NCBI GenBank assembly: GCA_020725265.1
Contig: DYFK01000008.1
Location: 616 to 64,615, forward strand
Direction of reading: 5' to 3'
DNA length: 64,000 nucleotides
Source: Hydrogenophilus sp.
Lineage (GTDB): Bacteria; Pseudomonadota; Gammaproteobacteria; Burkholderiales; Thiobacillaceae
Shown in pieces: positions 19,125 to 28,873 of this stretch. The notes under the pieces are model-generated. The model had not been told where the DNA came from. It saw nothing but the letters and a program-made list of their open reading frames with translations, and ran no database searches. The translations under genes were made by a program, and so were the position numbers. Numbering within the stretch: the first letter of the stretch is position 1; each line of letters starts with the position of its first letter.

Positions 19125-20344
19125 GTCCGACCGGCGAGCAGGACTGGATAGCGTTCCCGCCATTCCGTCGCCCAGCCGGCAACGGCCATGGCCGGCATCG
19201 GCCGGGCGATGAAATAGCCTTGGGCGAGGTCGCAGCCGGAATCGCGCAGGAAGCGCCAGTCGTCGGCATTTTCCACGCCTTCGGCAACGGTGCGCAGGCC
19301 AAGCTGGCGGGCCATGCCCAGGCTGGCCTCGAAAATCGCGCACAGGTCCGGCTCACGGCAGGCGCAATGAACGAAGCCGCGATCCACCTTGAGTTCGACG
19401 AAGGGCAGGTCGCGCAACTGGGCGAGCGAGGAGTAGCCGGTACCGAAATCGTCGATGGACAGTTCGATATGCTTCAGACGCAGGCGCGAGAGGATATCGA
19501 GTGGCGCCAGCGGGTCCACCATCAGCCGGCTCTCGGTGACTTCCAGCACCAGGCTGGTCAGTGGCACGCCAGCGCGCGTCGCCTCGCGGGCGATGAAATC
19601 GGGAAAGTCGAGATCGTCCAGATTGGCCATGGAGACGTTCACGGCGACATGAAGATCAAGCCCCGCTTCGCGCCAGGTCCGGACCTGGCGCAACGCGTTG
19701 ACCAACACGACGCGGGTCAGCGCGTCGATCAGGCCGTGTTGCTCGGCGACCGGCACGAACCGGTCCGGGCCGATCAGCTCGCCATCCGGCTGGCGCCAGC
19801 GAGCCAGGGCTTCGACGCCGATGACCTCGCCTCCGTCGAGGGCGACCTTGGGCTGATAGTGATTGATCACGCGGCCGCCGGTGATGGCGCGCCACAGATC
19901 TTCGGGCCCGAAATCGAACGGCTCCGGCTCGACCAGGGTTGGCGTGGTGGCGCGGCGGGCCTCGAGCACCGCGCGCAGACGCGCCGGATCGACCGGTTTG
20001 CGCAGCGCGCCGAGCACGTTGAGCCGGTGCGCGCGCGCCAGCCTGCCGGCGGTATGCAGGATGCGCTCGTCCTCGCCACTGATCAGCACGAGGCCGCCGA
20101 CGAAGCCGATCCCGGCCAGATGGCGGACGAATTCGACGCCATCCATTTCCGGCATTTGCAGGTCGCACAGGATCATGTCGATGCGCGGCTCGCCCGCTTG
20201 CAGCAGGTCGAGCGCGTCACGCGCCCGGGCCAGGCCGATCACGTCGCCGTGGCCGAGACCGCGCAGCTGGTGGATGAGCAGCTTGAGCGCGAAGGGTTCA
20301 TCATCGATCAACAGGATGCGCATGGCGTCTCCGGTCAGGGTCAT
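19121..20344 (-). CDS. REC-EAL response regulator (c-di-GMP phosphodiesterase)
   Basis: MRILLIDDEP and MILCDLQMPEMDG (receiver). EALARW, DDFGTGYSSL and AEGVEN (EAL). Its ATG overlaps the kinase stop (ATGA at 20341-20344). Confidence 0.9.
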   Translation of the reverse strand: MTLTGDAMRILLIDDEPFALKLLIHQLRGLGHGDVIGLARARDALDLLQAGEPRIDMILCDLQMPEMDGVEFVRHLAGIGFVGGLVLISGEDERILHTAGRLARAHRLNVLGALRKPVDPARLRAVLEARRATTPTLVEPEPFDFGPEDLWRAITGGRVINHYQPKVALDGGEVIGVEALARWRQPDGELIGPDRFVPVAEQHGLIDALTRVVLVNALRQVRTWREAGLDLHVAVNVSMANLDDLDFPDFIAREATRAGVPLTSLVLEVTESRLMVDPLAPLDILSRLRLKHIELSIDDFGTGYSSLAQLRDLPFVELKVDRGFVHCACREPDLCAIFEASLGMARQLGLRTVAEGVENADDWRFLRDSGCDLAQGYFIARPMPAMAVAGWATEWRERYPVLLAGRT

Positions 20345-23300
20345 GGTTGGGTTGCGAGCCGGGCGCGGATTTCCGCCATCAGCGCGTTCAGGTCGTCCTC
20401 GACGGCGCCGGCACGCTGGTCGACGGTTGCCCGGTCGGCGGCGCGGCTGGCGTTTTCCAGTTCGGCGCACAGGTCACCCAGGGGCAGGGCGCCGATCGCC
20501 CGCACCGACGATTTCAGCTTGTGCGCGATGCCGCCGAGCGCGGCGCGGTCGCCACCATCGCGGGCGGCACGCAACGCGAGGGCATGGTGGCTGGCGGCGT
20601 CGAGGAATTCGCCGAGCAGTTCGCGCACGGCGATCTCGTCGTCGCCAACCAGGGCTCCCAGCACGGCCGGATCGAACCGTGTCGGCGCCCCGGTCGCCGG
20701 CGCCGTCGTCGCCAGTGGCGGCTCGGTCGTGCCAGGCAGCCACTTCTCCAGGCTGGCACGCAGCAACGGCAGGCGTACCGGCTTGGTCAGATATTCGTCC
20801 ATGCCGGCGGCGCGCGCCCGGTTCGCCTCGCCACGCAGCGCATTGGCGGTGAGGGCCAGGATGGGCATGCGCCCGTGTCCCTGCTCCTCGCGCCGGATCG
20901 ATTCGGTCAGCGTGTAGCCATCCATCACCGGCATGTGCAGGTCGGTGAGCAGCAGGGCATATCGGCCTTCCCGCCACATGCGCAGCGCTTCGGCGCCATT
21001 GCTGGCGACCTCGGCGGCATGGCCGAGCAGGGCGAGCTGTTGCAGGATCACCTTCTGGTTGACCGTGTCGTCCTCGGCGACCAGGATCAGCCGACCGCGG
21101 GCACGCGCCTCGGCGACGCTGGGTGGTGTCGCCATTTCCGCCGTCGGCCGGTCCTCGCCGGTGTCATGGAAGATTTCCGGCGAGGCTCGTCCGGCGGCAA
21201 CCGCCACCGCGCGCAGGAAGGCGGACCGACGCAGGGCGTCGCCGTCCAGGCTGACCGTGTCCGGGGTCTCCAGTCGGGCTCGCCGGCGCCGCCCACGGGT
21301 GATCACCAGGTGCCGCGTGGATGGCGGCAGGTCCGGGGCGGCGTCGGTATCCGACCATGACGCCTCGGCCTGGTGGATCAGCACCACCGGCCCGTCGTCG
21401 GCGCGCGCCGTGATCTGGAGGTGGGCCAGCCCAACATCATCGGCCAGCGTCGCGTCGGCGCCGGCGTGGCGCAGATAGGCGGCGAGGTCGGCCATGTCGA
21501 ACGTCTCGTCGCGAATCAGGACGCAGACCAGACCGGTCAGGTCTGGGCCGGGACGGGACGGGCCGCCGGGTGCCGCCGTCATCGGTAGCGTCACCGTGAA
21601 GGTGGTGCCGGCGTCCGGCGCGCTGGTTACCGTGATTTCGCCACCCATCAGATCGACCAGGCGCTTGCAGATGGCCAGACCCAGGCCGCTGCCGCCGAAG
21701 CGGCGGGTAGTGGAGATTTCCGCCTGGGTGAACGGACGGAACAGCTGGTCCAGGGTTTCCGGCGCCATGCCGATGCCGTTGTCGGTGATGACGAAGCGCA
21801 GGGTGGCTGGTCCGGCTGGCGTCACCCGCGCATGCACGCGACCACGTGCCCGGGGCCGGCCCGCCGAGAACTTGATGGCGTTGCCGATCAGGTTGTAGAG
21901 CACCTGACGCAACCGGACCTCGTCGGTCAGGATATGGTCGGGCAGGGCGGGGTCGACGAACAGGTGGAGATCGACGCCGCGCCGGCTGGCGATCGGCAGC
22001 AGCGAGGCGCACAGCCCCTCGACCAGGCCGGCGAGCGCGACCGGCTCGCTCTCGATTTCCAGCCGGCCGGCCTCGATCTTGGAGAAATCGAGAATGTCGT
22101 CGATCAGCGCCAGCAGCGCGTTGGCGGAATCACGGATGGTCGCCACCAGATCGGCCTGATGCTCGGTCAGCCGGCTGTGCGCGAGCACGTCGACCAGGCC
22201 GACGACGCCGTTCATCGGCGTGCGGATTTCGTGGCTCATGGTGGCGAGAAAAGCCGACTTGGCCCGGTTGGCCTGATCCGCTTCCTCGCGCGCCTGGGTC
22301 AGTTCGGCGATGTGGCGCAGTCGTTCGCCGATGTCCTGCAACATGACCAGAGCGCCGGGGGCGTCTTCGTGGCGGTAGGGTACCGCGGTCGCCTCGGCGT
22401 CGAACATGCCGCCATCCTGACGCAGCCAGCGCTCTTGCAAGGGCGGCGCGGGCTGGTCCGTCTCGTTGAGCTGGCGGATGCGCTCGGCGACCACGGCGCG
22501 GTCGTCCGGGTGCAGGAAATCAAGTACTGGTCGGCCCAGCATCGATTCGACGGAGTCCGCGCCGAACAGGGCTCGCGCCCTCGGATTGAGGAAGGCGAAA
22601 CGCCCCTCGCGCTGGACGAACACGCCGACCGGCACCATGTCGACGAAACGGCGATAACGCGCCTCGCTTTCACGCAGCGCGCGCTCGGCGGCGCGTTCCC
22701 GGCCGACCTCGCGGAACACCAGGACGACACCGCGCGGTATGCCATTGCCGTCGCGGATCGGCGCCGCGCTGTCCGCGATCGGATATTCCGTGCCATCGCG
22801 CGAGATCAGCACACTATGGTTGGCGAGCTCCTGGGTCTGTCCACTGCGCAGAACCTCCGCCACCGGTATCACGGTGGTTTGCCGGGTCGCTTCGTGGATG
22901 ACGCGGAAGATTTCCTCGACCGGTCTGCCCAGGGCCGCCGCCGTACTCCAGCCCGTCAGCCGCTCGGCGACCGGGTTGAGACGGGTGACGCGGCCTTCCA
23001 GATCGGTGGTGAGGACGCCGTCGCCGATCGAGCGTAGGGTGATCGCCAGATCTTCCCGGCTGTCGCGCGCCACCTGTTCCGCCTGCCGGCGAGCCGCCAG
23101 CTCGTGGCGCAGCTCGGTGGTGCGCGCGGCGACCTCGCGTTCGGTGGCGGCGGCTCGGCCGGCGGCGCCGAGCGCGGTGAAAGCGACGAGAAAGCCGGCC
23201 AGCAGGGAGGCGAGCAGGGACAGGCGCGCTTCCATGCTGGCGCCCGGCTGCCAGGTTGACGTCATCGGCCACATTTCCAGCGCCCAGGCACGGCCGGCGA

Positions 23301-24774
23301 ATTCGAGCTGGCGCCGCCAGGGATGGGTGGTCGGGGCGCTGCTCTCGCCGGCGATCACGCGCGCGGGTTGGTCGCCCGTCTCGTCGAGAATCCGGAATGC
23401 CATCCCCTCGTTCCTGGTGGCGTGGGCCAGTGGCGCGAGCAGACCTGCCAGATCGAACACGCCGACGACGAAACCGCGCACATGGCCGCTGTTGTCGACG
23501 CCGTGGCCAAACGCCGGCACGTAAACCAGTACGCCCGCGCGCGCGGTGCGCAGCAGAGGCACCAGTTCGGCCGCTTCCGCCGCGCGGCTGGACAGCGCGC
23601 GCGCCATCGCCGCGACGCGCTCGGGCCGGTGACCGTGGTCGAGTCCGGGCACCGCGCGGTTGCCTGGCATCGGTTCGATGTAGCGCACCGGGAAATATTG
23701 CGGGCGTGGCGCCAGCGGTATCTGGCGTCCGGCCGGGTCCAGTTCGAACACCTGATAGGGCATGCCCAGGTCGCGGCGGGCCTCGGCCTCGAACGTGGCG
23801 AGTTCACCGGCCGGCACGCGTGGCGCCCAGTCGACCGAGAGCACACCCTCGCCACGGACGATGCGCGCGGTGTAGGTGGAGAACTCCTCGCGGCTGACCG
23901 ATTCGCTGGCGGCGAACAGGCGCTCGACGCCGTGCAGGGCCTCGATCCGTTCGGGCAGGCGCGAGAAGGTCTGGTCGGCGACCGTCGCCATGTCGCGTTC
24001 AAGCAGGCCACGGGCGCGATCCGCTTCGAGATGGGCGAGGATCAGCTGCAACGCGGCGAGCAGCAGCGCGGTCACCACCAGGGGTACGGCCACGCGGGCG
24101 CGTCCGGACCAGGCCGGCCGTCGCGATCCGGGCCAGGCAAGTAGCGCCAGCGGCCCGGCGAGAAGCACGCCGAGACTGTCGCCAACCCACCAGATCAGCC
24201 ATTGGCTGGCGGCGGCGTCGAACGTCAGGCGGTCCATGCCGAGCAGCAGCCCGATGCCTAGCGTCGGCGCCAGCAGGCAGGCGAGCGGGCCCGCCAGCGC
24301 GAGAAAACGCGCCAGGTCGGCCTCGATCGCCAGGGGGGGCGTGGCGGTGAACAGTCGACGCGTGAGCGCGGCGCCCAGCAGTGCCTGCGCGGTGGAGGCG
24401 CCGGCGAGCAGGGCGGCGGTCAGCGGTGGGCCGTTGTCGGTATGAAACGGCAGGTAGCCGAGGAACAGCCCGACCCAGATCGCCGGCCAGACGCGCGCGC
24501 CGACGAGCAGGGCGGCGGCCAGCGCGATGCCGGCCGCCGGCCAGAACGGCGCCGCGTCGGTCGCGCCCAGAACCAGGACTCGGCCGAGCAGCGCGGCCAG
24601 CAGACAGGCGCTGGCGACCAGGGCCGCGGTCCGAAGATCCAGCGGCGAGTCGACGCCGGCATCGGCCGCCGGCGTGGGAATCCGCGACAGTCTCAAGACA
24701 TGAACCTCCACGTGGCACGGTGTCCACCGCGCTTGTTTGTAGGAACGTCCTGGCGGTGCCGGACGATGGGGCAC
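20341..24774 (-). CDS. Hybrid sensor histidine kinase (MASE1-like membrane domain, CHASE, 2 PAS, HisKA/HATPase, REC, HPt)
   Basis: H-box SHEIRTPMNG. N/G boxes NLIGNAIKF, DNGIGM and GGSGLGL. Receiver LLTDLHMPVMDGY. HPt HKLKSS. The start is uncertain: an alternative TTG near 24696 follows a GGAGG. Confidence 0.9.
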   Translation of the reverse strand: MPHRPAPPGRSYKQARWTPCHVEVHVLRLSRIPTPAADAGVDSPLDLRTAALVASACLLAALLGRVLVLGATDAAPFWPAAGIALAAALLVGARVWPAIWVGLFLGYLPFHTDNGPPLTAALLAGASTAQALLGAALTRRLFTATPPLAIEADLARFLALAGPLACLLAPTLGIGLLLGMDRLTFDAAASQWLIWWVGDSLGVLLAGPLALLAWPGSRRPAWSGRARVAVPLVVTALLLAALQLILAHLEADRARGLLERDMATVADQTFSRLPERIEALHGVERLFAASESVSREEFSTYTARIVRGEGVLSVDWAPRVPAGELATFEAEARRDLGMPYQVFELDPAGRQIPLAPRPQYFPVRYIEPMPGNRAVPGLDHGHRPERVAAMARALSSRAAEAAELVPLLRTARAGVLVYVPAFGHGVDNSGHVRGFVVGVFDLAGLLAPLAHATRNEGMAFRILDETGDQPARVIAGESSAPTTHPWRRQLEFAGRAWALEMWPMTSTWQPGASMEARLSLLASLLAGFLVAFTALGAAGRAAATEREVAARTTELRHELAARRQAEQVARDSREDLAITLRSIGDGVLTTDLEGRVTRLNPVAERLTGWSTAAALGRPVEEIFRVIHEATRQTTVIPVAEVLRSGQTQELANHSVLISRDGTEYPIADSAAPIRDGNGIPRGVVLVFREVGRERAAERALRESEARYRRFVDMVPVGVFVQREGRFAFLNPRARALFGADSVESMLGRPVLDFLHPDDRAVVAERIRQLNETDQPAPPLQERWLRQDGGMFDAEATAVPYRHEDAPGALVMLQDIGERLRHIAELTQAREEADQANRAKSAFLATMSHEIRTPMNGVVGLVDVLAHSRLTEHQADLVATIRDSANALLALIDDILDFSKIEAGRLEIESEPVALAGLVEGLCASLLPIASRRGVDLHLFVDPALPDHILTDEVRLRQVLYNLIGNAIKFSAGRPRARGRVHARVTPAGPATLRFVITDNGIGMAPETLDQLFRPFTQAEISTTRRFGGSGLGLAICKRLVDLMGGEITVTSAPDAGTTFTVTLPMTAAPGGPSRPGPDLTGLVCVLIRDETFDMADLAAYLRHAGADATLADDVGLAHLQITARADDGPVVLIHQAEASWSDTDAAPDLPPSTRHLVITRGRRRRARLETPDTVSLDGDALRRSAFLRAVAVAAGRASPEIFHDTGEDRPTAEMATPPSVAEARARGRLILVAEDDTVNQKVILQQLALLGHAAEVASNGAEALRMWREGRYALLLTDLHMPVMDGYTLTESIRREEQGHGRMPILALTANALRGEANRARAAGMDEYLTKPVRLPLLRASLEKWLPGTTEPPLATTAPATGAPTRFDPAVLGALVGDDEIAVRELLGEFLDAASHHALALRAARDGGDRAALGGIAHKLKSSVRAIGALPLGDLCAELENASRAADRATVDQRAGAVEDDLNALMAEIRARLATQP

Positions 24775-24849
24775 TCTGGCGGCGCCCTTTCCTGGAGGCC
24801 CGTGACGACCTCTCGATGTCTTACTGTAGCAGCCGGCCGGCCTTTTTTC

Positions 24850-27800
24850 CTACCGCGCCGCCGGCAGCGGCGCCAGCAGCGCGCGGATGTCGGCTTCACC
24901 GAACTTGGCGAGCGCGCCGGCGTCCTCGGACAGCACGCCGGCGGCGAGTTCGGCCTTCTTCTCCTGGAGCGCGAGGATTTTTTCCTCGATGCTGCCGGCC
25001 ACCACCAGCTTGTAGACGAATACCTTGTTCTTCTGGCCGATGCGGTGGGCGCGGTCGGTGGCCTGGTTTTCCACGGCCGGGTTCCACCAGGGATCGTAAT
25101 GGATGACGGTGTCGGCGGCGGTCAGGTTGAGGCCGACGCCACCGGCCTTGAGGCTGATCAGGAAGACCGGCACGCCTTCTTCCTGGAAGCGGCGGACGAC
25201 GGTCTCGCGGTCGCGGGTGTCGCCGGTCAGTTTGACGTGCTCGATGCCGCGCCTGGCCAGTTCCCGTTCGATCAGTTCGAGCATGGTGGTGAACTGGGAA
25301 AACACCAGCACGCGCCGACCCTCGTCGACCAGTTCCGGCAGCATGTCCATGAGCTGGTCGAGCTTGGCCCGTTCCTTGACCTTGCGGGCGCTGTCGAGCT
25401 TGACCAGGCGCGGGTCGCAGCAGACCTGGCGGAGCTTGAGCAGGGCGTCGAGGATGACGATCTGGCTGCGCGCGAAACCCTGATCGGCGATCGCCTCGCG
25501 CACTTTCTCGTCCATCGCGCTGCGCACGGTTTCGTACAGGTCGCGCTGGCCGCCCTGGAGTTCGACGGTGCGGGTGATGATGGTCTTTTCCGGCAGTTCG
25601 CGGGCCACGTCTTCCTTGCGCCGGCGCAGGATGAACGGCCGGATGCGGGCGGCCAGCAGGTCGCGACGCAGGCCGTCGCCGTGTTTCTCGATGGGCGCGC
25701 GCCAGGTCCGGTTGAACGATTTGGCGTCGCCGAGAAAACCGGGCAGCAGGAAATCGAACTGCGCCCACAATTCGCCCAGGTGGTTTTCCAGCGGCGTGCC
25801 GGTCAGGCACAGGCGATGGCGCGCGCGCAGGCGGCGCACCACCTGGGCGGCATGGCTGCTGGCGTTCTTGACCGTCTGCGCCTCGTCCAGGATGAGCAGG
25901 TGGTAGTCGTGCCCGACCAGGGCTTCCTCGTCGCGCCACAACAGCGGGTAGGTGGTCAGGATGACGTCGTGCGCCGGGATGTCGTCGAAACGGGCGGCGC
26001 GTTCCGGCCCGTGCAGGGAAAGCACGCGCAGCGCCGGCGCGAAGCGTTCCGCCTCGCGCTTCCAGTTGAAGATCAGCGAGGTCGGCAGCACCACCAGACT
26101 GGGCCGGTCCATGCGCCCGGCTTCCTTTTCCAGCAACAGGTGGGCCAGGGTCTGGGCGGTCTTGCCCAGGCCCATGTCGTCGGCCAGGATGCCGGCCAGA
26201 CCCTGTTCGCGCAGATATTGCAGCCAGGCCAGGCCGTCGAGCTGATACGGGCGCAGGCTGAGGGCGAAGCCGTCCGGCGGCGACACCGGGCGGATGCCGT
26301 CGGCGCGGCTCAGGCTGTCGGCCAGCCTGGTCACGGCTTCCTCGCCGCGGAACTGCCAGCGTTGCATGTCCGCGAGTTGCGCCAGGCGCGGGGCATCCAG
26401 TCTGGACAGGCGCAGGGCGCCATCCCCCGGCGGCGCGTCGAACAGATCGATCAGGGTCAGCGCCAGCGGCTTGACGCGCCCGGCCGGCACGCGCAGGCGG
26501 CCGCCATCGGGCAGGGCGAGGATCACCGGCGCCTCGTCCGGCATCTGTTTCAGCTTGCCGGCGTCGAGCCAGCGCGCGTCATTCCTGAACAGGGTGTGCA
26601 GCATCGGCGCCAGCGGCAGGCGCCGGCCGTCGACGACGATGCCCATGTCCAGGCTGAACCAGCCATCGGCCTCTTCCCCGACCTCGACATCCCAGGCTTC
26701 CGCTTCCTGAACCAGATGCCGGAATTGCCCGGCGATGTCGACGCGCCAGCCGGCCGCGCGCAGGGCCGGCACCTGTTCGGCCATGAACCCGGGCCAGTGT
26801 CCCGGGCTTTCCAGTCCCCACAGATGCGGCGGTCGCGGGCGGCTGGCGAACAGGGCATGGGCCGGCACCGGCTGGGCGCCATATTTTTCCAGGCTGTCCA
26901 GCCAGGATTTTTCCAATGCCGGTCGGCGTTTGACGTGGACGGTCTCGCCGGTCGCGGTGGTGATGAATTCATGTGGACTGTGCGCCTCGACCCGGACGCC
27001 GTCGTACTCGAACGCTGGCAGCAGGTAGTCGAACAGGCGCTCGCCGTAGCCGTAGCGGCGATAGCGGCCGACGTCGATGACGTCGAGGGTATCGAGCGCG
27101 ATGACCGGCAGCGGATCGACATCGATGACGCGCAACTCAGCCGGCGCCGGCGCCGGCAAGTCCGGCGTCAGTTCCTGGAGCACGCCGGCAACCAGGGGCA
27201 GTTCCGCCGGATTCAGCGGCGGCATGGTCAGCAGCAGGCCGACTTGATCGGCCGGGAGATCGAGCCGGAGCGGGCCGATCTCCCGACGCTCCAGGTCGGC
27301 GTACCAGAAGCCGGCCAGTTTGAAGGCGATGTCCGCATCCGGCTTGGCCAGGATGCGGCCTTCCACCTCGCCGTCCTGGTTGGGCCGCCAGATCAGTTCG
27401 CCCGGGCGGGCTTCGCCGACGCGCATCGGCTCGGGCGGCAGGCCGTCGATCAACAGCCGGCCGGTCGCCAGCATCAGGCGCAGGGCCTCCTCGCCACTGG
27501 CGCCGGCAAGCGGATAAGCCGGGGTGTAGTAGCTGCGCGAACGGTGCAGCCAGAGCAGGCGCAGGATCGGCAGATCGGCCTCGGCGATGAAGCGCGGCGG
27601 TTGCAACAACGCCCGCTCGACGTTGTTCCAGTCGGTCGGCCGACCGCCGATGCCACCGTCGGCATTGCGGCGCGCCTTGACGAAGCTGACGCTCCAGCCA
27701 AGCCCGTCCGGGCTGCCAAGCACGTAATAGAGCGCTTCGGTCACCGCCTTGCGGCGCGGCTCCCGAGCCGGCTCCGGCGCCTGGGTCGCCCGCCGGAATT

Positions 27801-28143
27801 GTTCCAGCCAGTCGAGCAGTTCCGGGCGTACGCTGGCCGGCGTCGGCGCGCGCTCGATCTCGCGGTCGATCAGATGCAGCAACACCGCCGCCGCGTGCTT
27901 GCACATCCAGCCGACCGGACAACTGCACCCGGCCACCGCGCGGGCGCGGCCGGAGCGATCCTTTTCCAGGCCAATCGCGACCCGATACGGAAACGGCCCG
28001 GTACCCTGCACGCTGGCGGTGACCCGCCCGGGCTTGATCTCGACGTTGCTGACCTGGCCGAGATACGGCCGCGCCTTGGCGATTTCCTCATCGCCGAACC
28101 AACGGTGCAGATCGGCCAGGGTGTACGGGGGTAACGCGGGCAT
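24850..28143 (-). CDS. SNF2-family helicase with N-terminal SWIM zinc finger
   Basis: SWIM motif CSCPVGWMCKHAAAV. Helicase motifs DDMGLGKT, DEAQTVKN, TGTPLEN and QATDRAHRIGQ. Confidence 0.9.
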   Translation of the reverse strand: MPALPPYTLADLHRWFGDEEIAKARPYLGQVSNVEIKPGRVTASVQGTGPFPYRVAIGLEKDRSGRARAVAGCSCPVGWMCKHAAAVLLHLIDREIERAPTPASVRPELLDWLEQFRRATQAPEPAREPRRKAVTEALYYVLGSPDGLGWSVSFVKARRNADGGIGGRPTDWNNVERALLQPPRFIAEADLPILRLLWLHRSRSYYTPAYPLAGASGEEALRLMLATGRLLIDGLPPEPMRVGEARPGELIWRPNQDGEVEGRILAKPDADIAFKLAGFWYADLERREIGPLRLDLPADQVGLLLTMPPLNPAELPLVAGVLQELTPDLPAPAPAELRVIDVDPLPVIALDTLDVIDVGRYRRYGYGERLFDYLLPAFEYDGVRVEAHSPHEFITTATGETVHVKRRPALEKSWLDSLEKYGAQPVPAHALFASRPRPPHLWGLESPGHWPGFMAEQVPALRAAGWRVDIAGQFRHLVQEAEAWDVEVGEEADGWFSLDMGIVVDGRRLPLAPMLHTLFRNDARWLDAGKLKQMPDEAPVILALPDGGRLRVPAGRVKPLALTLIDLFDAPPGDGALRLSRLDAPRLAQLADMQRWQFRGEEAVTRLADSLSRADGIRPVSPPDGFALSLRPYQLDGLAWLQYLREQGLAGILADDMGLGKTAQTLAHLLLEKEAGRMDRPSLVVLPTSLIFNWKREAERFAPALRVLSLHGPERAARFDDIPAHDVILTTYPLLWRDEEALVGHDYHLLILDEAQTVKNASSHAAQVVRRLRARHRLCLTGTPLENHLGELWAQFDFLLPGFLGDAKSFNRTWRAPIEKHGDGLRRDLLAARIRPFILRRRKEDVARELPEKTIITRTVELQGGQRDLYETVRSAMDEKVREAIADQGFARSQIVILDALLKLRQVCCDPRLVKLDSARKVKERAKLDQLMDMLPELVDEGRRVLVFSQFTTMLELIERELARRGIEHVKLTGDTRDRETVVRRFQEEGVPVFLISLKAGGVGLNLTAADTVIHYDPWWNPAVENQATDRAHRIGQKNKVFVYKLVVAGSIEEKILALQEKKAELAAGVLSEDAGALAKFGEADIRALLAPLPAAR

Positions 28144-28390
28144 GGGGAGGGGATGGAAAGCGGGCAGTAAAGCCGCCCGATATTACCAGCGCCAGGTTGG
28201 GAATCCGGCATCTGGATCGCGGTTCGATCGGGATATTCGCGGGGCGATCGCCGGGCCGGATTCGGTATCATGCGCTCCATGGCCGCCCTGTCCCTGATTC
28301 CCAAGCCCATTCTCAAAAAATTTCGAAATCCACGAGTGGAAACATGCCTGCGCCATTCTGGCCACGGATTTCCCCGAGGAGTGGCGGGAT

Positions 28391-28873
28391 TTGCTCGATC
28401 TGCTCGCGGCGTTCCGGCTGTGCAAAAGCTGGATCACCGACCCGGGCGGCAACAAATCGAAGGTGGCGCGTTTCGTCGATGAATTCCTGGGTGCCAGGGG
28501 CTGGCGGGAGAAGCATTTCGACACCCGCGTGCATGTCGATCAAGCCGTCATGATTTCTCCCACCCACGACGTCGACTGCTACAAGAACCGGGTCGCGCTC
28601 GAAGTCGAATGGAACAACAAGGATCCGTTTTATGACCGCGACCTGAACAACTTCAGGTTGTTGTTCGAACTGAGGGCGATCAGCGTCGGCATCATCTTCA
28701 CCCGCTGCGACCGGCTTCAGGAGATTTTCAACGCACTGGGGCGTGGTTCCTCGTACGGCGCTTCGACCACGCGCATGAGCAAGCTGCTGCCGCGCATCGA
28801 GGGTGGTGGGGGCGCGGGCTGTCCACTGTTGGTGATCGGGATTTCCGAGAAGGTTTACGATGAACGCTGCTGA
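28391..28873 (+). CDS. BglII/BamHI-like type II restriction endonuclease (N-terminus unresolved, possibly a pseudogene)
   Basis: PD-(D/E)XK variant core HDVDCYKNRVALEVEWNN (D...ExE). Overlaps the methyltransferase gene by 14 nt. Protein-like sequence continues upstream in frame to 28298 with no ATG or GTG. Confidence 0.55.
   Translation: MLDLLAAFRLCKSWITDPGGNKSKVARFVDEFLGARGWREKHFDTRVHVDQAVMISPTHDVDCYKNRVALEVEWNNKDPFYDRDLNNFRLLFELRAISVGIIFTRCDRLQEIFNALGRGSSYGASTTRMSKLLPRIEGGGGAGCPLLVIGISEKVYDERC

Noticed and set aside
19125-19343. N-terminal extensions of ORF-track models: 18087-19343, 19121-20470, 30793-31683, 31523-32878, 36356-38044, 38041-39900, 39470-40330, 40228-40857, 40638-41840 and 61900-63492.
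   Set aside because: The extensions overlap upstream genes or are Arg/Pro-rich. Internal ATGs give canonical N-termini, signal peptides, RBSs or ATGA coupling.
24442-28134. A 1230-aa ORF antisense to the SNF2 helicase. Similar long antisense ORFs include 2371-4209(-), 5692-7485(-), 9240-11414(-), 15272-17317(-), 31484-32833(+), 44032-46575(-) and 51531-53459(-).
   Set aside because: Their translations are Arg/Ala/Gly/Pro/His/Gln-rich with no recognisable motifs. The opposite strand encodes proteins with clear catalytic signatures. This is the typical stop-codon-poor antisense frame of high-GC DNA.
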